A DNA stretch of 52,424 nucleotides from positions 1 through 52,424 of the IMG/VR virus record IMGVR_UViG_3300020045_011910; one strand, 5' to 3'. The position numbers and the translations under genes were made by a program. The notes beneath the pieces are model-generated. The model was not told where the DNA came from. It saw only the letters and a program-made list of their open reading frames with translations, and did not search any database. This document shows, one piece after another, positions 6,113 to 15,578 of the stretch (position 1 is the first letter of the stretch; every line of letters starts with the position of its first letter). Origin of the DNA: a virus (lineage: Duplodnaviria > Caudoviricetes).

Positions 6113-8302
6113 ATGTCGTACTTGAAAATTAACGACAGGATGTATGTGTGCATGCAAGAGGTGCCAAAGTTAAACAAGACAGTGACCATCGAACCTTTAC
6201 ACCACATCTTTTTGCTCGACCGCAGTGGCTCTATGGGCTGGACTATCAACCAGCTCATAGATCACGTATACTTGCGTGCCGCTAGTTTACGTGAGGGGGA
6301 CACGTTGACAGTTGGCTATTTCAGCGGCGAAAGCGAGTGGCGTTTCCCGATCAAGGGTTTTCAAATAGGTCCGAATAACTACCCAAAGCTCAGGCCACTC
6401 TTTGACTCTATGCGTAGTACGCTATCCACCACATGCTTCTCGCAAATCCTCAAAGATTGCTATGTAGTTATTGACGAACTTGCGCCGATCTATACGCGCT
6501 TTGCGCTCACCATGTTCACGGACGGTTGCCCGGTTGTCAGTAACTATCAACGGGAACTCGTAGATATTTTCAACGCTATTCAGCATCTAGCTCCACGGCT
6601 TTCGTCCGTGCTTCTGGTCGGCTATGGAGGTTACTACAACAAAGAACTCATGGCTGAAATGGCTACGAAGCTCGGTGGGTCACTCGCGCATGCTGATACC
6701 ATTGACACTTTTGCCGTCCAGCTTGCTGACTTTACAGCCACGGCGGAAGAAACAAACCTACGTGTAAAGGTGGCTCTTGAGACAAATACGACATACGGGG
6801 TACCTTTCAGTATTACCGGGCAACAGGTAACACTGCACATGCCCTGTGGTAGCGATGACGGAGATTTTGTGAGCTTTGCCCCGTCGAAGAAGGGCAAGGA
6901 TTATCTGTATACTCTGACAGATCACACGGGCGCGGGGCATGTTGCAGACCTGGCAAGTTTCGATTTGAACACCAATTTTCGGCTACCACACATTGACAAA
7001 ATCGAAGCCCTTGTACGCGGCGCGTATGGCGCGGCTTACATGCTCGCCCAGACGAATAACATCCCGGAAGCACTGAGTGTGCTTGGAGCCCTGGGCGATG
7101 TTGCCTTGATCGACGCCGTAAATAACGCTTTTACGGTTGAAGACTATGGACGTGTCGAAGTAAGCATTGCCCAGGCCATTCACACACCGGCAAAGCGCTT
7201 TACTGGCGGCTTTGATACCGCGTACCTCCCAAAGGACGACGCTTTTTGTGTTCTGGACGCCCTAGAGTTGTTGATGCAAGACGACAAAGCCTGCTTTTAT
7301 CCGCGACATCACGATTTTCAATATACCAGGATAGGGGCACGAAGTGTGTCTGCAGTGGATACGCCGATCTTTGTAGCAGATCCTCTCTCCCGCTGTGCGT
7401 TTAACACACTGACCTGGCACAAAGAACTGCTTAACCTCTCGGTCCTTGCGCACATTCCTGGTACCGTGGACCTGGGACCAAACGCAGCAGCCTACGGATT
7501 TGCACAGAACTATCCGAGTTACATCTGGCGTAACTACGCTATAGTCAAAGATGGCATGTTACATACGCCAGCTTTGCCTGTGTCCCTTTCAATGGAGTCG
7601 TGGCAACGATTACTAGGTGCCGGGTGCATAGACCCATGTAACTACCATGGACCTGACCATGTTTACCTTTTACGGCTTAATCGTTTACCCGTCGTGAACC
7701 GGGCTATTGGGTCAGGTCTGACCTCGGCAGCAGTGCTCTGCGACCTGGTTGCAGAAGAGTTGTTGCTTATGGCGCGGCTCAAGGTACTACGCTGGCGTCT
7801 TGCGTTGCTTGGTGAACCTACCGACCTTCCCTCAGTGCTCACCCAGGACCAGATAAATTTTCTCGCTTACATGGGTATAGGTAAGAATGGCTTCAGTCCG
7901 GTGACAACGAAGCTAGAGCCTACTGACTACTACTATGTGCGCAGTTTCGCGGTCCAGGTCAAAGGTTTCTCGTCCCTTCCTCCTGTGGACAAGGTGCAGG
8001 ACAAAATCGAAGCTGGTAAGAAGCTCACGCCTGCTGAGAATTATATTGCGTTGGGTCTTTCTCAACTAGATACTCTGGTAGAGGGTACCTCGAAAGCGCA
8101 AAGGGAATGGTTAGAGCTGCAAACAGCTCGCTTTAACCGTGTACTCAGGCAAGTACGTAACCAGATTCAAAGAACCAAATTCGCCGTGATCCTGGGTAAG
8201 CGGTGGTTTACCGAGTTCCCAGATCGCAAAGATTGCGTACTTGAGCACAATGGACTCAAGTTCGAGTTCAAGTTACGAGATGATGTGAGGATAGATTTGT
8301 AA
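6113..8302 (+). CDS. Large vWA-domain protein
   Basis: N-terminal MIDAS FLLDRSGSM ... MFTDG ... VGYG; C-terminal ~500 aa unrecognised; GGAG RBS. Confidence 0.8.
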   Translation: MSYLKINDRMYVCMQEVPKLNKTVTIEPLHHIFLLDRSGSMGWTINQLIDHVYLRAASLREGDTLTVGYFSGESEWRFPIKGFQIGPNNYPKLRPLFDSMRSTLSTTCFSQILKDCYVVIDELAPIYTRFALTMFTDGCPVVSNYQRELVDIFNAIQHLAPRLSSVLLVGYGGYYNKELMAEMATKLGGSLAHADTIDTFAVQLADFTATAEETNLRVKVALETNTTYGVPFSITGQQVTLHMPCGSDDGDFVSFAPSKKGKDYLYTLTDHTGAGHVADLASFDLNTNFRLPHIDKIEALVRGAYGAAYMLAQTNNIPEALSVLGALGDVALIDAVNNAFTVEDYGRVEVSIAQAIHTPAKRFTGGFDTAYLPKDDAFCVLDALELLMQDDKACFYPRHHDFQYTRIGARSVSAVDTPIFVADPLSRCAFNTLTWHKELLNLSVLAHIPGTVDLGPNAAAYGFAQNYPSYIWRNYAIVKDGMLHTPALPVSLSMESWQRLLGAGCIDPCNYHGPDHVYLLRLNRLPVVNRAIGSGLTSAAVLCDLVAEELLLMARLKVLRWRLALLGEPTDLPSVLTQDQINFLAYMGIGKNGFSPVTTKLEPTDYYYVRSFAVQVKGFSSLPPVDKVQDKIEAGKKLTPAENYIALGLSQLDTLVEGTSKAQREWLELQTARFNRVLRQVRNQIQRTKFAVILGKRWFTEFPDRKDCVLEHNGLKFEFKLRDDVRIDL

Positions 8303-8405
8303 TGTACATAGGGATGACTTTCAGAGCCATCAAGCGAAATCTAGCCTGGAAACGTTACAAAATTGCAAGGCAACGGTTACTTGTGCTTTGTGGGAGATAT
8401 TACCT

Positions 8406-8726
8406 ATGAAGAGTCTGACCGCACTGGGCGCTTTGTGTTCTAAGGTAGATAAGGGGTATCTCGTTAGTTTGCGGTACGGCGCCCACACAGGAGATGTGCA
8501 CGGGTATTACGTCACTGTGGACCTACCACAGGTGGGCTACTATACTGCAAGCGGTGTCTTTGATCCCGAGAATGTTTACGAGATGGAACGTATTTGCTCC
8601 GACATTGGTACCCACATTCAACAGCGCTTTCCCCAAGTTTTCGAAAGTACATATGAAGAAATCACGTTTAGCCTCGACAACTACACCGAAAAAAGTAGGA
8701 GTCACGCTGTACCAGGAAGACCTTGA
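8406..8726 (+). CDS. Hypothetical protein
   Basis: GGGAG RBS before ATG 8406; in co-directional gene run. Confidence 0.55.
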   Translation: MKSLTALGALCSKVDKGYLVSLRYGAHTGDVHGYYVTVDLPQVGYYTASGVFDPENVYEMERICSDIGTHIQQRFPQVFESTYEEITFSLDNYTEKSRSHAVPGRP

Positions 8727-8832
8727 ACTTTGTCGTAAGCTGGCCGTCGCAACGGGCTCTGAGTCACGAAGCGCTTTGATACGTCAAGCGCTTCGGGCTT
8801 TGTATCGGCAAATTTTTCGCATAACGGAGTAG
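8653..8832 (+). CDS. Ribbon-helix-helix (CopG-like) DNA-binding protein
   Basis: KVGVTLYQEDLELCRKLA...SRSALIRQALRAL fits the strand-helix-helix pattern; ends just before thyX. Confidence 0.65.
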   Translation: MKKSRLASTTTPKKVGVTLYQEDLELCRKLAVATGSESRSALIRQALRALYRQIFRITE

Positions 8833-8836
8833 TCAC

Positions 8837-9697
8837 ATGAGTGTTACATTGGTCTACCAGCCTACGGTCATTATTATGGCCGACATGACTTTCGTCCCAG
8901 GTGCCCTGGAAGAGATGACGCACTTTATAGGTGCAACACACCCGGAGTGCTATCCAGAAGGCTATGTTAAAGTGTTGCAGGTACACGAGTACCCCGATAC
9001 CTTTGCAAGGCATAAGGCCTTTCCTCACGGTGGAACAGAAAAAGGTCGCCATCTTACGGACAACGAACTCTTACCTGAGTTATATGGGCGCTTGTGCTAC
9101 TATAGCTTTGGCGTAAAAGGGCGCATTCGACCAAACAGTCTATACATTACCGATACCCAGGGTGGGGCAATACCGCACAGGTCTTTAATGTATCACCCGA
9201 AGATGTCCTTTTTTATCTCGGGAGTTTCGCGGCGGCTAACACATGAGCTTATACGACATTACGTAGGAGCTGACCGCTCGGAAGAGGGCTCCCCTTCGCA
9301 AGAATCGACGCGGTACGTAGAGCATCCAGGCTGGTTCGTCGTTCATCCCTATGTGATAGCAAAAGGTAAAGAAGCCATTGAATATTTCGATGTGTCCATG
9401 GAAGTTGCGTACAGGCAATATACGGCTTTTATAAACGGCGAAGAGTCGGATTATATCAAACAACACAATGGCAAAAATGCCCAAGGGCTTGACCGCAAAC
9501 GTATCTATGAAGCTGCATCTTCGTTCCTGCCCCACTCAGCCATGACAAGCCTGGGCTGGACAACCAACCCGGCAGCACTTTCCAAGTTGTTTATGGAAAG
9601 GCTTGACGAATCGGCAGACCTGGAATTTCAAAGACTCGCACAAATTTGGAAGAAGTTGTGCGTCGAGCGCTGGCCTAATCTGTTTCAGGAGTTTTGA
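8837..9697 (+). CDS. thyX: FAD-dependent thymidylate synthase
   Basis: GRLCY, GVSRRLTHELIRH and SQESTRY motifs. Confidence 0.9.
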   Translation: MSVTLVYQPTVIIMADMTFVPGALEEMTHFIGATHPECYPEGYVKVLQVHEYPDTFARHKAFPHGGTEKGRHLTDNELLPELYGRLCYYSFGVKGRIRPNSLYITDTQGGAIPHRSLMYHPKMSFFISGVSRRLTHELIRHYVGADRSEEGSPSQESTRYVEHPGWFVVHPYVIAKGKEAIEYFDVSMEVAYRQYTAFINGEESDYIKQHNGKNAQGLDRKRIYEAASSFLPHSAMTSLGWTTNPAALSKLFMERLDESADLEFQRLAQIWKKLCVERWPNLFQEF

Positions 9698-9757
9698 GCA
9701 TGTACGACGGTTATAGTACATTGACGCCAGCACTCAAGGCATATAAGGTAAGTAGTT

Positions 9758-10234
9758 ATGATTGAGCCTTACCAATGGCTTCTTGCCCACGCAGAAGAGT
9801 TTGGCTACAAATCAGAGAACGTTGGCCCAGCGAGTGTGGACCTAGAGCTAGGTCACGTACAAGCCCATACAACGAAATACGGTTTTGTTGACATAAGCAC
9901 AGGTAACAGGTACGTGCGTTTCGGTGTAGGAACTTTCTATCTTTGCTCCACTGTCGAGTACATCAAAGTCCCCATCACCCACTGTGCGTTTATCAATATG
10001 CGTTCGTCCCTGGCACGAAAGGGCCTGGGTCATAAGATGGCGGGGTTTATTGATCCCGGCTTTGAGGGCCAGGTGACACTTGAATTAGAAACGAGCGTGA
10101 CTGTAGACGTGCAACATGGTGAAAGAATTGTGCAGCTCATTTATATGCGGCTCGCAGAACCGACGATCAAACCGTACGTCGGTAAGTATCTTGGACAGAG
10201 GGGGCCAACGAAAGCGTATGACGTTATCACTTAA
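9758..10234 (+). CDS. dcd: dCTP deaminase / dUTPase family
   Basis: PASVDL, RSSLARKGL, IDPGFEGQVTLE and YVGKYLGQRG motifs. Confidence 0.92.
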   Translation: MIEPYQWLLAHAEEFGYKSENVGPASVDLELGHVQAHTTKYGFVDISTGNRYVRFGVGTFYLCSTVEYIKVPITHCAFINMRSSLARKGLGHKMAGFIDPGFEGQVTLELETSVTVDVQHGERIVQLIYMRLAEPTIKPYVGKYLGQRGPTKAYDVIT

Positions 10235-10772
10235 ACAGGCTTTTACGCAGTCTGCAATGGATCAAATCATTCCAGACTGGCGAGTTTTTTTACCTGATGA
10301 TGTAGACAAACTCGTTAGTGAAGTTATAAGTCACATTTCTCCTGAGAAAAAAGTAAACGTAGAAAATTTACAGATACTCTTAAAAGAAAGGTATCTAGAT
10401 TGGTATGAGTCACGAGACAGGGCCACACATGTAACCGGATTGTCTGTTCCACATACCTCAACAGGTTTCGTAGCTAAGACTGACTTGGAAACCTTTGACC
10501 TCGTACAAATTCCATATGAAGCTGAACGCAGGCTCGGTTTAGTTTTTCAAGAAGGTGTAGAGAAATATGGACGTGGCAACTGGCGAAGCGGTGTCCGTGA
10601 TCGTGCCTATCAACTTGAGCGTGCGAACCACGCGCTTAAGCACCTGAAAATATATCTACACTATTTGGAATTTGGGGAAGACCTCGGTGTACCTGGTGAA
10701 GATAATCTCGCCAAGGTCGCCTGGTTCTGCGCTACGCAAATGGAAATTGAGCGTATGGAGAAGATGAAATAG
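10218..10772 (+). CDS. dATP/dGTP diphosphohydrolase-like (DUF5664) protein
   Basis: IPYEAERRLGLVFQEGVEKYGRGNW...HALKHL...EDNLAKVAW pattern; ATG at 10218 overlaps the end of dcd. Confidence 0.75.
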   Translation: MTLSLKQAFTQSAMDQIIPDWRVFLPDDVDKLVSEVISHISPEKKVNVENLQILLKERYLDWYESRDRATHVTGLSVPHTSTGFVAKTDLETFDLVQIPYEAERRLGLVFQEGVEKYGRGNWRSGVRDRAYQLERANHALKHLKIYLHYLEFGEDLGVPGEDNLAKVAWFCATQMEIERMEKMK

Positions 10773-10784
10773 GGAGTACTTCCG

Positions 10785-11036
10785 ATGGAACTGCAATTTC
10801 CTAAACCTCGTGTGAACGATTTACTACAAAATCCTCGGGTGATTCTTGATGTTATCATGAGTCCCGAAGGCCATCCCCAGCTACAAATCGGCCACTTCAA
10901 CTGCGAAAATGGCTGGCCACAAGCGGTTAGCATTATCGCACAGGCTTTGCCTACAGCCCTTGATAGAGCGTTCGTAGCGCTCACAGAAGAGAAGCCTATG
11001 ATCGAAGTGCCACACAATTTGCCATTTACGCACTAG
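10785..11036 (+). CDS. Hypothetical protein
   Basis: GGGAG RBS; fills the gap between genes. Confidence 0.65.
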   Translation: MELQFPKPRVNDLLQNPRVILDVIMSPEGHPQLQIGHFNCENGWPQAVSIIAQALPTALDRAFVALTEEKPMIEVPHNLPFTH

Positions 11037-11046
11037 GGAGCATGAC

Positions 11047-13800
11047 GTGTATAAATTAGTCGAGCGCTATTTCAAACAAGACGAACATCCATTTGATTCA
11101 ATCCGCTGGGAAAAGCGCGACGCGCTTATTGCCGGAGACGACGGCGAGCCTGTTTTTGAACAGCGCGGCGTGGAATTGCCTGCTTCCTGGTCGCAGCAGG
11201 CAACGAACATTGTCGCCAGTAAATATTTCCGTGTGGTAAATGGTGTTCGTGAATCCTCTGTGCGCGATATGATAAGGCGCGTAGCGCATACGATAGCTAC
11301 CTGGGGTTTTGCCGATGGATATTTTAGCGAGGAAGACGCCAGGGTTTTTGAGTGGGAACTTGCCTATATTCTGGTCAACCAGTATGCCTCTTTTAACTCT
11401 CCTGTGTGGTTTAACGTCGGTGTTCAAGAAAATCCGCAGTGTTCTGCTTGCTTCGTACTAGACGTGGACGATTCGATGGAGTCCATTTTAGAATGGTATC
11501 GCACAGAGGGGATGATATTCAAGCACGGTTCGGGGGCTGGTGTCAATGTATCGAAGATTCGGGCGAAGGGTGCGCCACTCTCAGGTGGCGGTACGGCGAG
11601 CGGCCCTGTGTCTTTCATGCGTGGCGCTGATACAAACGCAGGTATCATCAAGAGTGGTGGTGGGACCAGGCGAGCGGCGAAGATGGTTATTATGGACGTC
11701 GATCATCCTGACATCGAAGAATTTATTACGTGCAAGGTAAAAGCAGAACGGATGGCACAAGACCTCTTAACGTTGGGCTATGGCACAGGGTTAGAAGCGG
11801 AGATTCAACAAACGATTCCTTTTCAGAATGCTAATAACAGTGTAAGCATGCCTGATAGTGTCATGTGTATTATAGACGTATGTACCGATAAAGAATCGCA
11901 AAAAAATTTGCAGTATCAAAAATTTCAGTGTATAGCCGCAGCCGCGTTTCAGTGCGGCGACCCTGGACTTTTCTTTTGTGATACAGTTAATAAGTGGCAC
12001 ACCACGCCAGGACGAGGTAAAATAGTGTCAAGTAACCCTTGCTCCGAGTTCGTTCGCCCGCCCAACGAGGCTTGTAATCTGGCGTCTATTAACCTGCTGC
12101 GTTTTTTAGAGGTAGATGGTACTTTTAGTATTGCGGCATTTCAACACGCTGTGCGTGTCATGATTACTGCACAGGATATTCTCGTAGATCGGTCGAGTTA
12201 CCCGACCAGTCTTATTGCCCGGAACTCCCACGACTATCGGAGCCTGGGCCTTGGCTATGCGAACCTCGGGGCGCTGCTCATGGCTAAAGGGCTGCCCTAT
12301 GATAGTGATGAAGGGCGAAGTTACGCCGGAGTTATCACGGCGTTGATGACGGCAGAGGCGTACTGTCAGTCTGGTAATATTGCCAGAAGACTTGGTGCTT
12401 TTGCTGGCTATGAAGCTGACAGAGATACTATGCGCGAAGTGATTGGTATGCACGCAAAAGCACTACGTGATTATACCAAATGCGAAATAACTTGTGATCT
12501 TTTAACGTCAGCGCGAGTACGCTTCGCCATGGCAGCGAATGACGACTACGGTTATCGTAATTGTCAGGTGACACTAATAGCACCAACAGGCACAATCAGC
12601 TTCATGATGGACTGCGATACTACAGGCGTCGAGCCTGATACCGCGCTCATAAAGAACAAGAAGCTGGTGGGCGGAGGGTCTATTCGTATGGTCAATGGCA
12701 CTACGCTACGTGCACTTGAGACCCTGGGCTACGACACCGTAACCTGTAATAGGATACTCGTGTCACTCGAAAATACCGGATCACTGTTAGATAGTGTACA
12801 TCAAGGCTTACTCAAAAAAGACGATCTTAAAGTCTTTCAAACCGCACTTGGAGATAACGCCCTTTCCTGGCAAGCTCATGTGAAGATGGTCGCCGCTGTG
12901 CAACCCTTTCTCTCTGGCGCGGTGTCCAAGACCATCAACATGCCAGCCGATTCAAATGTAAACGATGTCGAGCATGCCTTTATTATGGCCTGGAAACTAG
13001 GTCTCAAGTCCATCGCCATCTACCGGGATGGAAGTAAGTCTGTACAGCCAGTGACTACGGTACAGGCAACAACGCACAGGGCGACATATACACCGCACGA
13101 AGCGGAACTTATAAGAGAACAAGTTAAGAGGTCTGCTTACCTTCAATCGGCAACCGGGTGGACTTTACCGGCAGACGTTCCCACTGTGGAGATGCCTGTA
13201 CCCGCAGAATTAACACATCACTCGCAAGTTTTTACACTACCTCAATTTGAAGAGGCTATCGCTCGGCAAAAATTGCGTCTTGATGCGGCTCAACAACCTC
13301 AACGCCATCGACTTCCCAATGAAAGACCCGCCGTTAATCACAAATTTGTAATCGGCCAGCACGAAGGTTATTTAAACGTCGGGCTCTATCCCGAGACTGG
13401 CAAGCCCGGCGAACTATTTATTCACATGGCCAAAGAGGGGAGTACCGTTAGTGGTTTGATGGACACGGTTGGTATTCTCACGTCCATACTCCTGCAGTAC
13501 GGGGTACCGCTTGAAGTTATAACGAACAAGCTCAGGCATGTGCGCTTCGAGCCTTCAGGTTTTACAGGTTTTGAACCTGTGCCTTTTGCACAGAGCCCGA
13601 TAGATTACGTGTTTCGCTGGCTTGCATACAAGTATGTGGACACTGGACACGATATAGCGACAGAAATACAGGCACCATTGGGAGGTGGTATACCGAGCCT
13701 GGATACACCAATGTGCTCTGATTGTGGTGTACAAATGACCAGGCGTGCTGGATCGTGTTACATTTGCGATAGTTGCGGTGCCAGTTCAGGGTGTTCATGA
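11047..13800 (+). CDS. nrdJ: Class II (adenosylcobalamin-dependent) ribonucleotide reductase with C-terminal TSCPD/Zn-ribbon region
   Basis: FNSPVWFN, CSACF, TRRAAKM, SNPCSE, ACNLASINL, APTGTISF, SKTINMP and terminal CxxC...CxxCG motifs. Confidence 0.95.
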   Translation: MYKLVERYFKQDEHPFDSIRWEKRDALIAGDDGEPVFEQRGVELPASWSQQATNIVASKYFRVVNGVRESSVRDMIRRVAHTIATWGFADGYFSEEDARVFEWELAYILVNQYASFNSPVWFNVGVQENPQCSACFVLDVDDSMESILEWYRTEGMIFKHGSGAGVNVSKIRAKGAPLSGGGTASGPVSFMRGADTNAGIIKSGGGTRRAAKMVIMDVDHPDIEEFITCKVKAERMAQDLLTLGYGTGLEAEIQQTIPFQNANNSVSMPDSVMCIIDVCTDKESQKNLQYQKFQCIAAAAFQCGDPGLFFCDTVNKWHTTPGRGKIVSSNPCSEFVRPPNEACNLASINLLRFLEVDGTFSIAAFQHAVRVMITAQDILVDRSSYPTSLIARNSHDYRSLGLGYANLGALLMAKGLPYDSDEGRSYAGVITALMTAEAYCQSGNIARRLGAFAGYEADRDTMREVIGMHAKALRDYTKCEITCDLLTSARVRFAMAANDDYGYRNCQVTLIAPTGTISFMMDCDTTGVEPDTALIKNKKLVGGGSIRMVNGTTLRALETLGYDTVTCNRILVSLENTGSLLDSVHQGLLKKDDLKVFQTALGDNALSWQAHVKMVAAVQPFLSGAVSKTINMPADSNVNDVEHAFIMAWKLGLKSIAIYRDGSKSVQPVTTVQATTHRATYTPHEAELIREQVKRSAYLQSATGWTLPADVPTVEMPVPAELTHHSQVFTLPQFEEAIARQKLRLDAAQQPQRHRLPNERPAVNHKFVIGQHEGYLNVGLYPETGKPGELFIHMAKEGSTVSGLMDTVGILTSILLQYGVPLEVITNKLRHVRFEPSGFTGFEPVPFAQSPIDYVFRWLAYKYVDTGHDIATEIQAPLGGGIPSLDTPMCSDCGVQMTRRAGSCYICDSCGASSGCS

Positions 13801-13812
13801 GTACAACATACT

Positions 13813-13875
13813 CGCACCTAGGCTCTAAGTAAGCGCGAGGCTTAGACGCTGCGCTCCCAGCGTTGCCTAGGTGCG
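13813..13875. ncRNA. Three-way-junction RNA / possible terminator after nrdJ
   Basis: 11-bp stem CGCACCTAGGC/GCCTAGGTGCG enclosing hairpins TCTAAG/CTTAGA and CGCTG-CGCTCC-CAGCG; short T-run downstream. Confidence 0.55.
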
Positions 13876-13995
13876 GGGTCTTTTGTGATGTGATACTCAG
13901 AGAAAGGTCAGGTGATGTTACTTGTGGCGTATGATTCTGGTAAGTCTTATCAGCTTGTGCCAAATAAAGCACCTTAAACGTAGTACCGATAGGAG

Positions 13996-14448
13996 TTGAT
14001 TATGTATCAGCCGAAGATTTATAAAATAGAAAGTTGGCTGAAGCGCAGCGCAGTAGTTGTCGCGCTCCTGACCGTGGGCTACCTTACACTACATTGGACG
14101 CAGGCGCAGGAGCAGCCGCAAGGCCAGACGGGGTTCGTGGTTGATATGGAGAAAGTCGAACAGGAAACAACTGTCCATATGTATGCTGTGCGCATTGACC
14201 ATACGGCCTCTGACGCGGCGGTACGACCCCTGTTTCCCCACGGCAAGCCGACCGTTGGGCAGTGTTTCGGACTCAAGGCGGTGGACGCTTTCGATAGTGC
14301 AGTCGGGCTCGTCTATGTGCCGCAGCCCTGTTTTGAAGACGTGCCGAACAACGAAATCAATACAGCGTTGACCCTGCAGGCGCACGGCATGAAGCGCTCT
14401 GTGGCCTGCCTCGCTGGCTGGTGCATTACGCGGGAGGAGACGCCGTGA
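13996..14448 (+). CDS. Hypothetical membrane-anchored or secreted protein
   Basis: N-terminal hydrophobic segment; AGGAG RBS. Confidence 0.65.
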   Translation: MIMYQPKIYKIESWLKRSAVVVALLTVGYLTLHWTQAQEQPQGQTGFVVDMEKVEQETTVHMYAVRIDHTASDAAVRPLFPHGKPTVGQCFGLKAVDAFDSAVGLVYVPQPCFEDVPNNEINTALTLQAHGMKRSVACLAGWCITREETP

Positions 14449-14669
14449 ATAACTACCGTGAGACTGCTTCTTTTCTCTCAGCATGTTTCCTTACCACGGC
14501 GATGGTACTTGTCTTCCTCGCTTGGGTTGGAGTATTGTTCTTGCGCGTTCCCCTCGCTTTCTTCATCCCCGTTACCTGTGCAGCGCTTTTCTTGCTAGCC
14601 AGTATCGCCTTAGAAGTTTCAAGCCTTTGTCGGCAATTGACCGACTGGATTCGGGGCAAACTATTGTGA
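14445..14669 (+). CDS. Small two-TM membrane protein
   Basis: GGAGG RBS; GTG overlaps previous stop; two hydrophobic stretches. Confidence 0.55.
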   Translation: MNNYRETASFLSACFLTTAMVLVFLAWVGVLFLRVPLAFFIPVTCAALFLLASIALEVSSLCRQLTDWIRGKLL

Positions 14670-14795
14670 ATGTACTACGCACACAGACAAGGAGAGATAG
14701 CATCCAGGAGGCGGTGCTCTGGCGTCTGCACATCAACCTCCACACAGGACAAGTATAAAAGAACAACGACGTTTGTGCACCTTCCTTCTACCGAA

Positions 14796-15098
14796 CTATG
14801 CGTCAAAATGTTCTTGGAGATTCTCCAGAGAACTTATGCGACGTTGCGCAACCCACAGTTGTTCACGTAGTGCAACGAGCTCGTCCTGCAACACCTTGAG
14901 ACGTTCTTCTAAATCCTCTTTCTGGCGTTCAAGAAAGGCAATTTCTTCGCGGTACGTCAGGACCAATTCATCAAAATCTTGCTTCCGGGCGCCCAACCTT
15001 CGTGTCGATACGGCGATTTGGTACGACAGCAGAATCCCGAGGATCGAGACCACTATAGGCACAATAACCCCCAACCATGTGGGAATGCTTGTTACCAT
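14796..15098 (-). CDS. TM plus coiled-coil protein (holin/lysis-type candidate)
   Basis: N-terminal TM helix followed by heptad coiled coil; last gene of the late block. Confidence 0.6.
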   Translation of the reverse strand: MVTSIPTWLGVIVPIVVSILGILLSYQIAVSTRRLGARKQDFDELVLTYREEIAFLERQKEDLEERLKVLQDELVALREQLWVAQRRISSLENLQEHFDA

Positions 15099-15576
15099 AT
15101 ACAGTTCCTAAAGTACAATGCACGGGCACCGCCCGGTGATAGAGAATTAAAGAAATAAAATGTGCTACAGCAAAGAGGATGCTGGGAAATTGGTCAATAA
15201 AAATATGCCAACCAGGAACCACCGTCCCGTCCGCATAGCGACCAAGCAGCGGATAATAGATAGCTCCCGAGGCTGTCATAAAGAGCAGTATTTGTTGTGG
15301 AACCCCAAGAAAGATGTGCCACAGGTATGGGTGTTGCCTGCTCAACAACCAGCACGTCAGTCCGCTGGCGCATAGCAATAGGACACTGGTGCAGACATAG
15401 GATGACCTCGCCAGATGAAAAATCGGCGCGACCGGGGTACTGCGCACAATCTCTGGTGCCCACCAGATAACAATTCCCCATAACATATGCAGGATGGCTA
15501 CGCACCATAAGAGCACGGTGTATGGACGTATCACTATATGGTATGGTGTTCTCACATTAGTTTTCTTCTTACCCAT
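14971..15576 (-). CDS. Multi-pass membrane protein
   Basis: About four hydrophobic segments; starts 2 nt after the previous stop. Confidence 0.65.
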   Translation of the reverse strand: MGKKKTNVRTPYHIVIRPYTVLLWCVAILHMLWGIVIWWAPEIVRSTPVAPIFHLARSSYVCTSVLLLCASGLTCWLLSRQHPYLWHIFLGVPQQILLFMTASGAIYYPLLGRYADGTVVPGWHIFIDQFPSILFAVAHFISLILYHRAVPVHCTLGTVYGNKHSHMVGGYCAYSGLDPRDSAVVPNRRIDTKVGRPEARF

Positions 15577-15578
15577 AC

